From: Perkinsus chesapeaki ATCC PRA-425
Taxonomy: Eukaryota > Protista > Perkinsozoa
DNA length: 64,000 nucleotides
Direction of reading: 5' to 3'
NCBI GenBank assembly: GCA_013115145.1
Contig: JAAPAO010000002.1
Coordinates: forward strand, 124,001-188,000
The position numbers and the translations under genes were made by a program. Every line of letters starts with the position of its first letter. Position 1 is the stretch's first letter. The notes beneath the pieces are model-generated. The model worked only from the letters and a program-made list of their open reading frames with translations, was not told the DNA's origin and made no database searches. Positions 38,245 through 51,133 of this stretch are shown one piece after another.

Positions 38245-38803
38245 ATGATGCCGTTAGATGTAGATATCTCTTCTGGTATCAAAACCACGTCAGTTACTTG
38301 TTTCATCATAACACATTACCCGCTTCCATAGTCGTGAAAGAGTTGCTGAGTTTGTTGATTGGCGGAATTGGACGCGAACTCGGAGATGGTCATACTACTA
38401 GCAGGCGCATGAATAGAGGGATTGCACCGTAGTCACATTGTCACCATCGTGCACGTATCTAGGCGCGCGCTTTTTACGTCAAGCGGAGCGAGTACAAGTG
38501 CATTAGCTATAAACCTGCCTACGTGGTTGGAACGTGACGAGACGCTTACTTTTATATTCGCTGAGAATTCGCAAATGTTCGGCGGTACCGAGCCGTATTT
38601 ATGGACGTGTAAGAGTTTCCATTCATTGTGGTTTGGTGACATTGAGTGAATTTGTGTGTTGCGCCACTCCTGTCTCTCTCCGAAAATTTGGTATCTTTCG
38701 GGCTTGAACCTCGTCAAAGATGATACGAAGATTCTTCCGAGTTCCAAGTGTTGGTTAGATATTCTTACAGCAACATTGTTGGTGCTGCTAAATATTCCAA
38801 ATC

Positions 38804-39919
38804 ATGTCATCGTCTGTTCTCGGAGAAGCTCCTCGTAACGAAGTCGCAGAAATCCCCTCTCCCACTGCCACTCAAATGAGAAGAGCAGCTACGGAGCCCT
38901 CGAGCAGACCTCACAATCACAGCAGTAGTAAGAATAGGAATCGTGGTGGAAGTGATAATAAGAAGATGAGACCTGTGGATCTCAGCAAACATCTGCTGAA
39001 AACAAAGGTACTAGCTAGCCTGGCTGGGTTACGGGAGCATCAGGATCATCGTGTAGGTGTGCAGCCTTTATCTGGAGGGACGTTGTCACTATGGATCAAA
39101 GTGTTTCTTTGCTCACTCAACCTCGGAGCTCCAGCAGCAGCCGAATTTGAAGAAAACCAGTCTATGCAGGCTTTATAGACAGGGTAACCCGGCGCGTTGG
39201 ATATGTTCCAGAAATGCGGCCCATGTTAGGGAAGTGCAAGAAAGGATCGGCGTGCACCTACGCCCACTCGGCAGCTGAGCTTCGGGCTACAGAGAAAACC
39301 GTGATGTGCATCTGGTGGTTAAGTGGCCATTGCAGTCATGGTTCGAAATGCCGGTAAGGGTGGTGAAATTTTAGCGATGTTTGATGAGAAGTTCAACTTC
39401 AGTTTTGCCCACGGAGAAGCCGAGCTGAGGTCTGCTACGAAGTCGGACTCGACCATGTCCTCTGTGGATGGTAGCAGCCCCCGATCAGAAAGGACACCTA
39501 GAGGCGATATGACGAAAAGCTCCTGCTCAAGCTCGTTGGCGCCAAGTTACGGCTTCGAACATGCTGCAACGTTCGACTGCGGTAGAATGACTGATCCTGT
39601 TGAAGAAGAACTGTGCGAGCAAGACGAGTTCGGAACTTCTCCGGCAAACTTACTGCCGGCGTCTTTAACTCACGACATCATCGACTCTGATCCTGTGGAA
39701 GAGCAGGCTGAGCTCGAGAAGACTTCATTCCAGATGGTTCGTGGTGCACCTAAAATTGACATCGCTCGTCCACCGGTACCTCTCGCTCACCTGCCCAAGT
39801 GTATCGGTTGCCAAAACCCAGTTTCGAACGAGGGTGACGTGCTTTGTCAGAATTGTCTCGCTGGTTGCTGTGCTGCTCTAACGAGCGGCGATAACAACAG
39901 CTTTTTGATCTCTATGTAG
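38804..39919 (+). CDS. Tandem CCCH zinc finger protein (three fingers, ZFP36-like)
   Basis: KTK|VCSLYLEGRCHYGSKCFFAH, KTSLCRLYRQG|KCKKGSACTYAH and KTVMCIWWLSGHCSHGSKCR|FAHGEAEL. Confidence 0.88.
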
Positions 39920-41769
39920 ATATTTGTCTTTGTCGAGTCCTGCTGGATGTCTTCGGTGAAGGCATCTCGCTCGACTCTATCAGCTACGATATGAAGAAGT
40001 TTGACAAGTGTGTTAGTCGACGTCGCTCTCGCAGAGGCTGCTACTCCATTTACCGTAACGGCCTGCCCCTGTCGGTCACGCTCGTAGTCGAGCTTGCTTC
40101 GCTTGCAGTCTTTCCGTGCGGTCTGGCTTCAAAAGGAGCATTAGCTCTTTGACCTTCTGCTTTACTCACGGTGTCTACTGGACCTATAATGAGATTTGTT
40201 GTCTACTGCTACAATGCCCTTGTTGGTCCTACGTGGTTGCAGCACCGATTTGGCTCGCATCATTGTACATTTTCTCGTGTATTATTCGACTCGACTCATA
40301 ATCCCGCAGCTTGTCGGTAACACTTCTTGGGTTGCTGCAGAATCACTTATAGATGCTGTCAATTCTGGCCTCTATTCCATCGATATACCCTATTCATGGT
40401 TGTCGAAAAATCTTGGTTGGCTGATGGTATCTGTTGTAGTGGTCGATGCGCTTGACGCTGACACAATAGTGTTTGGCGTTGGTAGCTCTGGTCTTATTTT
40501 TTGCCGCTGTTGGATGATCTCTATTCTGGTCTCTCTCGGCTCTCGCTTAGCTGCGTCTGTTTGGCACCTATTGTAGAACTTTACTATTTCTCTGATACAT
40601 TATGGATTTGTGAACGCAGTTGAGCGCGAGTCGTAGGCCCCCAGAACCGAGCTTATTGTCCTTCTCTGAAGAGAGTACCATTGTCTCGACAACATTACTT
40701 GCTTCATATTTCGTACCTGTGCGTTTGTCTATCCCTCCACTAGTCTTCTATTTCTTTATCACTGGACGTCCGCGTTTGCCTGCCGCTTATGATGAAGGCC
40801 TACGTTGGAAATATGAGAAGCATTCGCGACGCCCATGTTTGTCACCTATTTGTCCTTCCCGAGTATTGCTGATTCCCACGCCACTAATGAGTTCTATTGA
40901 CAGACGCATTTGACACCGGTCGTAAAAAGGCTAGTTGTGTCTGTCGCGGCGTGCGGGCTGGAAGACAGCAAGCCTATTTGATAAGATATCGTCGATGCAA
41001 GCCGAGCTTCTCGACGACCTCGTCCGATCTAGTCGTCAGACTTTCCTATCACTCCATTGATGTTACCCTTCGCGCAGTAGGGTGCGGGTTTTTCGTCTTA
41101 TGCCTGGCCTCACGCTGCTTGCGTAGCAGTGGTGTTGCAATCGTGTTGGCCTGTGATCTTCACGGAGGCTATGTGATGCGGTCTGATCGGCTCAACATAC
41201 CTACCTCTTCGCCCTATGACATCTCAAATGGGAGTTGCGAGTTAGGCTTCCTACAAATACCAAATGCCCATAGTTCGGTAAGCTGCTGCTCTGCCAGCCC
41301 TGTACTATGTTGTCCTAATACTTATAGACTTATTGTATGACCTCGGCGTTGTTGGCGAAAAACAGTAAAGTGATGAAGTGTCACAAATGACCCAGTCACG
41401 TGTTTTAGCCTTATCCGCCGATTATGATAGTGATCTACTATCAGGCCCCTTTCGTATGCTCGTATCATCTTGGTTGCAGTAGAGTCTGAGTCTGCACTTC
41501 AGGGCTCATGCGAGTATCCTGTAGCGATTTGGCGCCCAGCAAGTGAACCTTTTTTGAACGGCTGAATGGCTCTGTCTGTCGACCGTCTCTTTTCCTATGG
41601 TGGGTTCATTTCGCGCTGCTGCTATCCTATGATTTCGATGCTCTTGACTTGTTGATTCAGTAACTTGGGTAAATGTTTTGTTAGTGTATTAATACTAGAG
41701 CGCTCGTATGCGAATTCCAAGCTATCCCGGAACCGCCTCCATCTTTAAGATTTATTTTTCCACTTCTAC

Positions 41770-42817
41770 ATGACCAAGGGGCGAATTTGCTCCACAGCAG
41801 ACGAAGGGGCTCGTCAGGTGAGTGGAAATGGACCGTTGGAGTCCCTCGAATCCGTCCTCAATCAGGGCGATACTCTTCGGGTCTCCAAGTCCAGTGCTCC
41901 TCCGAAACGGAGGCGGAGCGGCAAGCTGTGTCAGCATCCGAGTGAGTCCCTTGAAGGTTATGAAAGCGAGTCTGATGGTCTTGTGTGTAGGTGGGTGCAA
42001 GCGTTTCGCACAAGGAGCAACAAACCTTTGTATTGGTCATGGTGGAGGTCGTCGCTGCCAGGTTGTAGGTTGCCCTAGATCGGCTGTGGGCCGTAGCAAC
42101 AAATGTGTCTCTCATGGAGGAGGGCGTCGCTGTGAATACCCGCAGTGCTCCAAGAGCGCTAGAGGTTGGTAGCTCATTCAAGGATCTTAGCAGAACTCTC
42201 ACCCTTAGGTAACACAGGATTCTGCTTTGCACATGGAGGCGGCGCTCGTTGCAACATTCCGGAATGTGGCCGAGTGGCTTATCGGAGTACTGGCTTGTGT
42301 GTGGGCCATGGAGCTGGCCGAAAATGCGACTACCCACTATGTCAAGTAACATAATTCTCCCTGGTCCATCCTTGCTCACTTTGCAATCTTCTCTCAGAAG
42401 CTGTCGCGCTGGCCAACAGTGTACTGCCCCATACATAGTGTGATCACCGAACCCCGTATTAACGCCACATCAGAATCTGTCTCCACTGATGCAAGCGAAT
42501 TCGATTTTCACCCCTCCCTGGCGCTCGAAACCGCCGACTTCTCCTGTGAAGAATCAATTAACTCTTCGTCAACCGACACGCGTGCTGATTTCATCGATGA
42601 AGGCCTCGAAGAAAACTACGACACCGTGCCCCTCTTAGACTTCCTCGCCTGTAGCAGCGGAAGGCTTGGTTTGAACGAGCCTTCTGTGCCGGACGAGACT
42701 GCTATTTTTTCAAATGAGCGCTTGGTCGCTCCGGGTGAGGTTCTCTCGAAAATACTGGCTGGTATGCCATTCGACCACCAGTTTCCTTTCGACCTTTCTA
42801 TGGTACGTACAAAATGA
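41770..42817 (+). CDS. WRKY19-like Cys/His-repeat (CxxxxCxxxA....CxxHGGG) zinc finger protein
   Basis: Repeats CKRFAQGATNLCIGHGGG, CQVVGCPRSAVGRSNKCVSHGGG, CEYPQCSKSARG|NTGFCFAHGGG and CNIPECGRVAYRSTGLCVGHGAG, followed by an acidic C-terminus. Confidence 0.8.
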
Positions 42818-43251
42818 TGAAGTTGCTGCATTTTCCCCCGACCATTCCTCTGTGTTACGTAAGTTTCCGATCCCCTTGCCTGATCTCTGCGATCTCGGTA
42901 ACTGCTATCACTGCACTGTTTGGCTATTCAATATGGCCAGCGTGGCTATGTGCCTTTGACGCAGCAGTACCTAGTTTCCGCTTCTGTTATGGCCTAGTCC
43001 CTGATTGTTTCTCAAAGGTGTCTTCTGCTGTGTACTACTGTGTTGCTGATACGGTAGGCAACCGATGGTGCCACTCACATCGTCATCACACAACGTATGG
43101 CTGTTAGATTATGGAGTCGCGACGAAGCGCAGGCAGATACCTGCCAGAATTTTCCATTTAAGATCTTTGTGTTGTGTTACCGAGAGTGACGAAATGGGTC
43201 GAACAATCATCGACGTCTACAGTTGCCTAAGAGTTAACACGCCCAACACAG

Positions 43252-44577
43252 ATGTCAGCAGTTTCCCCTGCTTTAAAGTCTTCCCTCCGTGTAGCCCTGC
43301 TCCAGACGAGGGTGCTGCCAGATAAGACAGAATCGTTGCGAGGTACACTCGTACAGTGCCACACGTGAAACCTTGGGAGTGTTTAGGTGCACGAGAGATG
43401 CTTGTAGCGGCGATTGAAAGTTCTCAGCCAGACCTCTGCGTCCTGGGGGAGATGTTTACATGCCCTTACCACCCGAAGTAGCACGTTTTCGTTTTCAATC
43501 AAAAAGTGTAAACCGAGTTCCACAGGTACTTCAGACAATACGGCGAACGTCTCCCGGATCAGAGCCCGACGCTAGATATGGTGAAAGAAGTTGCCAAAGA
43601 GAAGAAGGTCGGCATCACAATCTCGCTCGTTGACAGGCGAAGATTCCTTACATCTTCTTCTAGGTGTGGATCGTCGGCGGAACTGTTCCTGAGTTGGAGG
43701 GCAACAAAGTATATAACACGGCTCTGGTCGTCAACGATTCAGGCGAACTAGTGAAGATTCATCGCAAGGTAAACAGGCCCGATCAGGCGATCTGCACTCG
43801 GGACACTTTCATGGTTTCGACTAACCGTTCGAGCACTTCAGGCACATCTGTTCGACATAGATGTTCCAGCTGATGGGGAGAAGCCCGGTATTCGGTTTTT
43901 CGAGTCAGAGACTTTAAGCCCTGGCAACACAGGCCCGTGTGTTTTCGATACACCCTGGGGGCCCTTCGGGTAAATGCAGACATGATCCAGGCCTGGAGGC
44001 ACGTTGTATTTGCTGCTTTTCTTTAGACTGGGAATCTGTTATGATATACGCTTCCCTGAGTATGCTGCGCTTCTCCGTAATGTTGCACCCGGTTTGAAGA
44101 TGCTCATATATCCCGGAGCTTTCAATATGACAACTGGCCCAGTAAGATGCGCTTGGCATAACACCGGCATCCCGGGCGACCGTCTACTTTGTAGGCTCAC
44201 TGGAGGCTGCTCGCAAGGGCTCGGGCGCTGGACAATCAATGCTATGTGGCGATGGCATCTCCTGCGCGTAGCGAGGTTCCAGAGGATTATCAGGCTTGGG
44301 GCCATTCCATGATTGTCAACCCTTGGGGCGAGGTGAGGAGTACGTCACAACACAATTCGATTTTCTAGTGCAGGTCGTCGACGAGACTGATGAGAAGGCT
44401 GGATGGTTCTCCGTTGACGTCGATCTGAGCATGGTTGATTCAGTCCGTCGCAACATCCCAACAGCAACGCAGAAGAGGTCAGTCGGGGTTCATTAATGGG
44501 TTATGTTGACTCCCATCCTCAGATATGATTTATATACAAAAGTTATGCCTGTGCACCAGGACGAAGAAACGCGTTAA
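43252..44577 (+). CDS. NIT2: Omega-amidase NIT2 (nitrilase superfamily)
   Basis: [17 protein letters not shown] (E), HRK|AHLFDIDVP (K), [10 protein letters not shown] (C), [11 protein letters not shown]|AHW, RALDNQ and [11 protein letters not shown]. Confidence 0.9.
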
Positions 44578-44799
44578 AGAACACCGTTGCATTCAGCAAA
44601 TTTTTCCCGGTCTCTTTTTATTAAACCATTGTTCACTGAAACCAATGTCGAGTTAGTGTGATCGCTCACTCGCAAAACGTATTTATGAAGGCCTTTTATG
44701 TGCCGTCACCACAAGAAAAGGCTAAATGTTGTTCAGCTATTGTCTTGCTATGCGTTCATTGTTTTGGAGCGTTCTACTCCGCCTCCTGCTTGCAGAAGA

Positions 44800-47700
44800 C
44801 CCGACCGAGTTCTGGTCAAGGTGTAAGGACTGCACTGCGCGTGAGCGAGTTTTTTGCTTTACCAACGGTTAGTCTGTCGATGAGATTGATTCCGGAGGTG
44901 AGTATTCAGGTGCGTGCCTTGAAGACCTTTACATAAACTCTCCCGGTGATTTGATGTGGTCTCGCTGCATGAACCCACTAACCGAGCCCGCAAGCTGTCG
45001 CACTAAAGGAATACATCCTCCAACTAAGGCGCCCAAGATGGAGCATGAGCTATGATATCTTTCTCGTCTTTGGAAGACACTTGTATTGTGCTTGATAAGT
45101 GGGTTGAGGGCCTTCTAAGATACTCTCAACGCAACAAGGAGATCGTGAGACGGCATATCCACATGCAGCTCGGTATCCAATCAACTTCATTTTTCGTCAG
45201 TATTTCCAGGGGTGAGATCAATAGATTTCATTCGCTTCCGGACGCTGGACGCGAGGGCAGCTCTCAGCTGTGCTACTGATACCCTCGTTGTGGCTATACG
45301 TGGTTCAGCTGTTTCATCGTACTGAACTCGTCGCGGAGGCAAGAAGTTGTGGGTTTTGGGGATGGTGTTCGGTTTCTTCTCGTCCTTCTTCACTACGATT
45401 GGTGACGGTGGCTGATACAGTTCGAGTTCCGTCTTCCTGTTCGCGGCGAGCTTCCTGCTCTTGGCACATATCTGCGGGCGAAATGTGCACTCCATATTCT
45501 CGGCTGCAACAGCTGCATAATGAAGTTTCCCTCGACGATCGTGCGTCCGCTCTGTCAGTGGCGGAGCAGAGTTGCGTGCCCTCAGCAGAGCACCATCTGT
45601 CCGGGGACTGGGCAAATCATCACCAAGCGGTATCCTTGGGACGAGCGATGATAAGCCCATTGAAGATCTCCGGACAGGTTTCACAGGTCCGCCTCCAGTT
45701 TGTTCTGCAACAGTAGGCGGAGAATGAACCGGGCTTGGGCCTGGAATACCAGGATGACTTTACATGAAGCCAAAAGCGGATCTCGTTACCTGGTGTGGCG
45801 TGGCCGGTAGCCGAAGCAGGACGGCTTGGGGAAGTCGCTGCCGACTGTATGACATAGCGCTGCTTGGCTCTGAGATAGTTCATTAAATTCGGGCTGGTCA
45901 CGGCTCCCTGACTTTTCGGTGCCTATGAAGGCAGTAACTTGAGGAGAGTTGCCGCGGGAAGTGGACAGAGATAAGCGGGGAAGATTTGGTCTACCGGAAC
46001 GGCTACGAGGCGAGCCTACCAGGAGAATGCCATCAACCACTTAGCTATACCAGCGAGTGATTTACCAGATTTCAATTTCGGGGAGGGCGAGAGGCCATCT
46101 GACATCCCTTCAAGATCCAATGTACAGTCAGGCTCCGATGGTCTGATAATTCAACTTAGTAAAGTGAAAGCAGAAATATTCGCTGTGGTCCTACGGGAGA
46201 GGCTGGCTGGTAGGAGCATCGGCGTCGGTCTGTTCCAGATTGCCTGATAGACCGAAGCTGCTGATAGCCAGCGACCTAGTTGACACTAACCTCCTTCCTC
46301 TTGGTCTTGTTGGACAGACGCATCGACCCCAACGCCACGCTCAGAGTGTCCCTTGTTAGAGTGCGCTCGTCCTGGCCTTGGATCTGACGAGGATCTAAAG
46401 CAAATGAGTGATAGCCAATATGCTATAGCTATGTAGAGAACGTGGGTACACTTACCGTTTATATCGCTTTTGTTTAGACTTCCCTGCATAACACCCTTCC
46501 GTTGCATCCCGCCCGACAGCGACGTCGACCTTCTCAGGCAAACGCGGCGCCTTATCCTGTTGTGACCTCCTGGATGAAGAGCAATCGCCTGAACGTGGAA
46601 GCTGCAACTCTCTAACATCAATAAAACGTACTATTCTGTGAGTCGTCCACTTCACATTCGACTTCCCTCTTGCTATCAGCGAAACCTGTGAGCAGGCCGC
46701 CGCTCGCTTGCTCCGTCATCAAGTGATCACTGGAAGCATGCTCCAACACGCACTCCTCTCTGAAACGCTGCTTCGAGTATTAGTTCGTCTGCCCTTCCTC
46801 ACCGGTAGTGAACTATATCTGGATCATCTTGTAGAGCAGGGGCCCCACGGAAACAGCAGAAAAACAAGCTCCGACGACCACTCGACGTCCTTCTATTAGG
46901 CATCATACAACAGCAGGACTGAATGAATGCCAGAGACTATCCACGTGCCATAGAATCAGGAAGGCCACTGACACGCTAAGCTTTCAAGCTGCAAGCTTCA
47001 TACCCCTGTTTATGTGGTATTGATGCAAGATGATAGAACCACCTCTCTCATACTCATTAACTTTGTTGAACTAAACACATCCCTATGACGTAGAAACTGT
47101 GGGCGGAGAGGACGTAAGGTACAGAGGAATATTAGTATCTTCTCCACGACTTCATCACGCATCTGTGAGATTGCGGTCATTAAGCACCTTCCAGGATCGT
47201 TTCCTCGCGCGATTTCCGTAAAGCTCTGAAAATTTATCCTAGCATCACGGACGGACTGCCCCTCCTCACGACGTACCCTCCTCTAACCATTTACTACTTG
47301 TCGTTGCGCGGCTCGCTTCGGGAGTCAGCGGCGTCGTTTTACTGACGACTCTGAATCCCTAACAGTGTAACAGTGCCCCCATATCTCTCTTATCAAATGC
47401 CAGATTACCTTCACTACGTACGGCTGGGCCCTGGCAGTTCTCATTCGCGCAGCCTTCTGCTCGCCCTTAGCCTTTAGTTCAAGAAGCGTCGCCTGGGCAC
47501 TTGGATCCATCCAGAAGAACTTTGGCCCGGACTTGGAGGTGTTCTCAGAAGAATCTTGAACAAATTTTCTAGCGAAGTCATCCCAGTAATGCCCTCACCT
47601 TGAGATTCCGCCTCTTCTACTGAATCGACTTCGGGCTGGTCAGCTTTGGAGGAGCTCACATCTGTCAGCGGTATCGCTCCTCGTAGCAAGCCACATGCAT

Positions 47701-47812
47701 TACTTTCTTCCAAGTCCAGAGTCTCCGCGCTCAGGCCCTCGGGGGCCTTCAAAGTCACTATGGTTGAGGCACCCTTCTTCGACGCAGAGCGGCGTTTTGA
47801 TCGGAGAACCAT
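44800..47812 (-). CDS. Low-complexity hypothetical protein(s), one or two genes; 3' end approximate
   Basis: Exons MVLRSKRRSASKK..., KFFWMDPSAQATLLELKAKGEQK and ENMECTFRPQICAKSRKLA (ECTFxP motif), with short GT-AG introns. Confidence 0.45.
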
Positions 47813-47889
47813 CGGATAAGGCACGAACTAAACTACACATGCCAGCCCGCCCGAACGCAATTCCACAGACCAGCAAGTAGAGACACTCC

Positions 47890-49315
47890 TTAAGCTTTAG
47901 TAGATTCCCCCGGCTTCTTATCAGTAGTAGTTTCAGGTGATGGAGCTGCTGTGGACGCGCCGCTGGCGGAAAAGCCCTTCACTGCCTTCAGGAACTGCGC
48001 CTGGTTCTCGGACGAGAGCAACTAGTGACGAAATCTCAGGGGATACTTCCCTGCACAGGTGCATTACATTAACGCGGTATGATGCCAGCTGACCCTCCTC
48101 CGCATTCTCATCATCTAAGCCAAAGAACTTGACACTCTTTGATCCAACCTAAGCGCCTAATTACACCACTACTTTACAGCGGATATTACCAGCTCGTATT
48201 TATCGGCATCTAATATCGGCGTATTTAGTATGACCTTCCACACTCCTTTCATTCGAACTACTATCCGACCAGCGGGCTTGGCCTGAAGTAGCGGCAAAAA
48301 TTACCGGCGCAGAAGACTGTGATGCGTACGCTATCGTCTCCATCCTTTTTGAGAACCCTCAAACTACCCATGCCTCTCTCGGTCCATTTATATTTCGGTG
48401 GCTGGGTCTCACTGGCACCTAGAGAATCGATATGCCCTGTTGAGTCCCTGAGTAACTGTACTTGAGCTAGACGCATCTTTGTTGTCCTCTTGCTTCATAA
48501 GCTTGTACAACTTGCAATCCGATGAGAACCTGACAAGTCGAATAGCGCCTACCACATTACCGCCCCATTACAGAAGAGATTCGCCCTCCTCTCCACTGCA
48601 CACAGTATGAGGCTGTGGCTCGGACTCCTCGGAAGCGTCACCTGCCAAGAATAATCGGAACCAAACAGTTAGCTCAGGATACCTTCCTCCGGGCTGGTGG
48701 CCTCTCCAGCCTCAGATTTGCCGCTTTGGTCAGCACCTCCAAAGGCAGCGAAGCCTGTACCAGTGCCACCAGACAAACCTGTGAATGTGTTAAAAACGCC
48801 CGTTGTTCCCCTAGGTCGTTACTTTTCCCAATATCGCCGAAAAGACTCCCGCCGCCACTTTTTGACGCGCTAGCGAACGAGATACCAGCGAAGGGATTGT
48901 TGCTCTTTGGAGCATCTTCGCTTCCTTCCGATTTAGAAGAGGCTGCGAAAATGCTGTAGATTACAGAAGAACAAAAACGCCTACTTCCTAGATTGGCAAA
49001 TGGGTTCTGAGACGACGCCGCGCTTTCTGTTTCAGAGGCAGTCGAGGGCTGATCATGGGCATCATCCTAGTAGAATGAGATTGGTAGTACCTTTTCGGCG
49101 CCGACGGACGTGGCGGGCGGTCCAGTTTTCCGCCTTACGGAGACAATTTTGCGCTTCGCAATGACCTGAGTCGATGCAAACCGTGAACACCAACCCTTTT
49201 CAATGCAAAGTACATCGGCCGCTGCCTTCTCACGGCCCGTTCCAGGATCCTCGACGTTTTCCTCCTCTGGGGCGTCATCTTTGGTGAGCTGGTTTTCTGC
49301 AACTCTTTTGGACAT
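47890..49315 (-). CDS. NUP50: Nucleoporin Nup50/Nup2-like (N-terminal NUP50 motif, NPF/FG-like linker, Ran-binding domain)
   Basis: MSKRVAENQLTKDD...EKAAAD|VIAKRKIVSVRR, NPFA repeats, and a RanBD with CKLYKL and KWTERGMGSLRV. Confidence 0.8.
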
Positions 49316-49420
49316 GACAAGACAAAGCCAACTCGCTGTCATTTCTTGAGCAACGTACAACACAACACCCCATATAGTTACGCACTACTTTCAATTACCC
49401 ATCGTGTAGATACACAAACA

Positions 49421-50980
49421 TCATGCCGGCAAGAGAGTACCATAATCTCCATCGGGAGCGTACAATTGCCTTCTTCCGCGAATAGAATACCATTTACGGA
49501 CGCTTGCCGCCAAAACAAAAAACGCAAACGCCACACATATCAGCGGAACAAAGTCTCCGGACACTGTCGCCCCGGTCGGTTTCCCATTTCCCAATTCGAC
49601 TGTCGCGACCAGAACATTCTCGCGTTCATTGCGGCTCTGAAAGCGGGCCTTTTTACGTCCGCTAGGGTCAACAATAACAGAGTCCCAAGCGAGATCTGCC
49701 TTCGCAATAGCAACGCGGTTCTCTACCGCCCGGAAGACGGCCTGAGAGAGATGATCCCGAACCGCGGACCAGTCCTGGGATGGGTTCAGCACGAGGCCTG
49801 CTCCTTGCAGGACAATAGATCGCAGAGTGCTGGGGAAATCAATGTCATAGCATATGAGCGTTCCGACTTTCCCGGTAGCACTAACGTTCGGCCCAAGAAG
49901 AGACGACTGCGGAATTTCGTACGTCGGATATCCGAATCTCAAGGAGCTTTCTTCCCCTATCAATGTTAAAGGCTTCTGTTTGCCGTAAACCCCGAGTCGC
50001 TTCCCTTCTGGTCCCACCATGACCGCGATATTACCGCTCTCTCCTACAAGTGCGCCAACGGACATGAAAATGCCCAGTTCGCCAGCGACTGGCGAAATCT
50101 TGCTGTCGACGTAGTCCTCGGCCTCTGTGAAACTCTTGAACGGACCAAGCCATATTTCCGGCCAAACCACAAACTTCGCTCCGTCCTGCGTCGCCACTTT
50201 CCGCGTTAGATCAATTTGCCTCTCCAAGGTTGCATTGCAAGTAGCATCTTTCTCATACGTTTCCACCAAAGACATATTACAAGACACTCCTCCGAGTTCT
50301 GCTCCTGGAGTGATGGTCGCCACAGTGACTGACGGCGCTCTGTATATTCGGGGAACATAAAATTGAATAACGGAAAGGCAGCACCAACCTGCCATCCCCC
50401 AGAAGAGGAATTTGAAAAGGGCTTTGCGCTGCCGGGAGAACGCAATTTGCCCGAGGGCGGCGTTGACAGCGAAAACCGAGAATTCCAGGGAGTACAGCCC
50501 TAGGAACGATATAGGTTGAATAAGCATAGGTGCGTCGTGGAAAGGCGTACTTAAGGCAAAGAACGTTCCCAACAGCAACGCGGTAGCATAAACGATGGTA
50601 GTCCAGTACGCTGCCCTCCGCACGGGTTTACTTAGATTCGACTCATCGTCGAACAGGTAGGCGTCCGCACTGTCCATGGTGTCCCAAAGCGCGCCCCACA
50701 CGGCCCCTGTGCCCAAACCGATGTACCATTCCAGACCAATCGTCCAAAAAAATATTGCCGAGCATGCCATGAACGTCGCTAATGAGACCAGGAGGGACCT
50801 TTGGTACTCCTGGGATGCAATCATAGGGCAAACGCAGATCAAAGCGAGCGGCCAGATTTCCAAGGGCTGGTCGAGGCCGAACTTTATCGTCCGCAGATTA
50901 TATAGCACGACCGAAAGGCCAGAGAGGAGAAAACTCAGCAAAGTAGGTCGGGTAACTGATACCGAGTCATATAAAGTCAT
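49421..50980 (-). CDS. Apolipoprotein N-acyltransferase (Lnt)-like membrane CN-hydrolase, intronless, 519 aa
   Basis: N-terminal multi-TM region, then VVWPE (E), YGKQKPLTLIGE (K), LICYDIDFP (C), PSQDW, AVFRAVEN, DSVIVDPSGR and a C-terminal GDFVPLIC TM. This is the Lnt layout. Confidence 0.85.
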   Translation of the reverse strand: MTLYDSVSVTRPTLLSFLLSGLSVVLYNLRTIKFGLDQPLEIWPLALICVCPMIASQEYQRSLLVSLATFMACSAIFFWTIGLEWYIGLGTGAVWGALWDTMDSADAYLFDDESNLSKPVRRAAYWTTIVYATALLLGTFFALSTPFHDAPMLIQPISFLGLYSLEFSVFAVNAALGQIAFSRQRKALFKFLFWGMAGWCCLSVIQFYVPRIYRAPSVTVATITPGAELGGVSCNMSLVETYEKDATCNATLERQIDLTRKVATQDGAKFVVWPEIWLGPFKSFTEAEDYVDSKISPVAGELGIFMSVGALVGESGNIAVMVGPEGKRLGVYGKQKPLTLIGEESSLRFGYPTYEIPQSSLLGPNVSATGKVGTLICYDIDFPSTLRSIVLQGAGLVLNPSQDWSAVRDHLSQAVFRAVENRVAIAKADLAWDSVIVDPSGRKKARFQSRNERENVLVATVELGNGKPTGATVSGDFVPLICVAFAFFVLAASVRKWYSIRGRRQLYAPDGDYGTLLPA

Positions 50981-51133
50981 TTACAGAATAATAATATCTA
51001 AAATGATCTATCGTGACAACCATAAGTCGGCCGTGTGCAAATGAAAATCCATTTCGAGGCCGACAGATTATTCCCAGAAGAGCGCAACATCTATCGGGTA
51101 GAAACCAACGTAATTATGGTCCGCAAAAATGAA

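Noticed and set aside
40116-41340. Hydrophobic short ORFs as membrane protein genes
   Set aside because: No family motifs and no coherent exon chain; consistent with T-rich UTR sequence.
43252-44577. NIT2 as a member of the NRPS-Lnt cluster
   Set aside because: It is a conserved housekeeping amidase on the opposite strand, separated by unrelated genes. The shared CN-hydrolase fold is probably coincidental.
49346-49969. 207-aa plus-strand ORF overlapping the Lnt-like gene
   Set aside because: Antisense shadow with no recognisable motifs.
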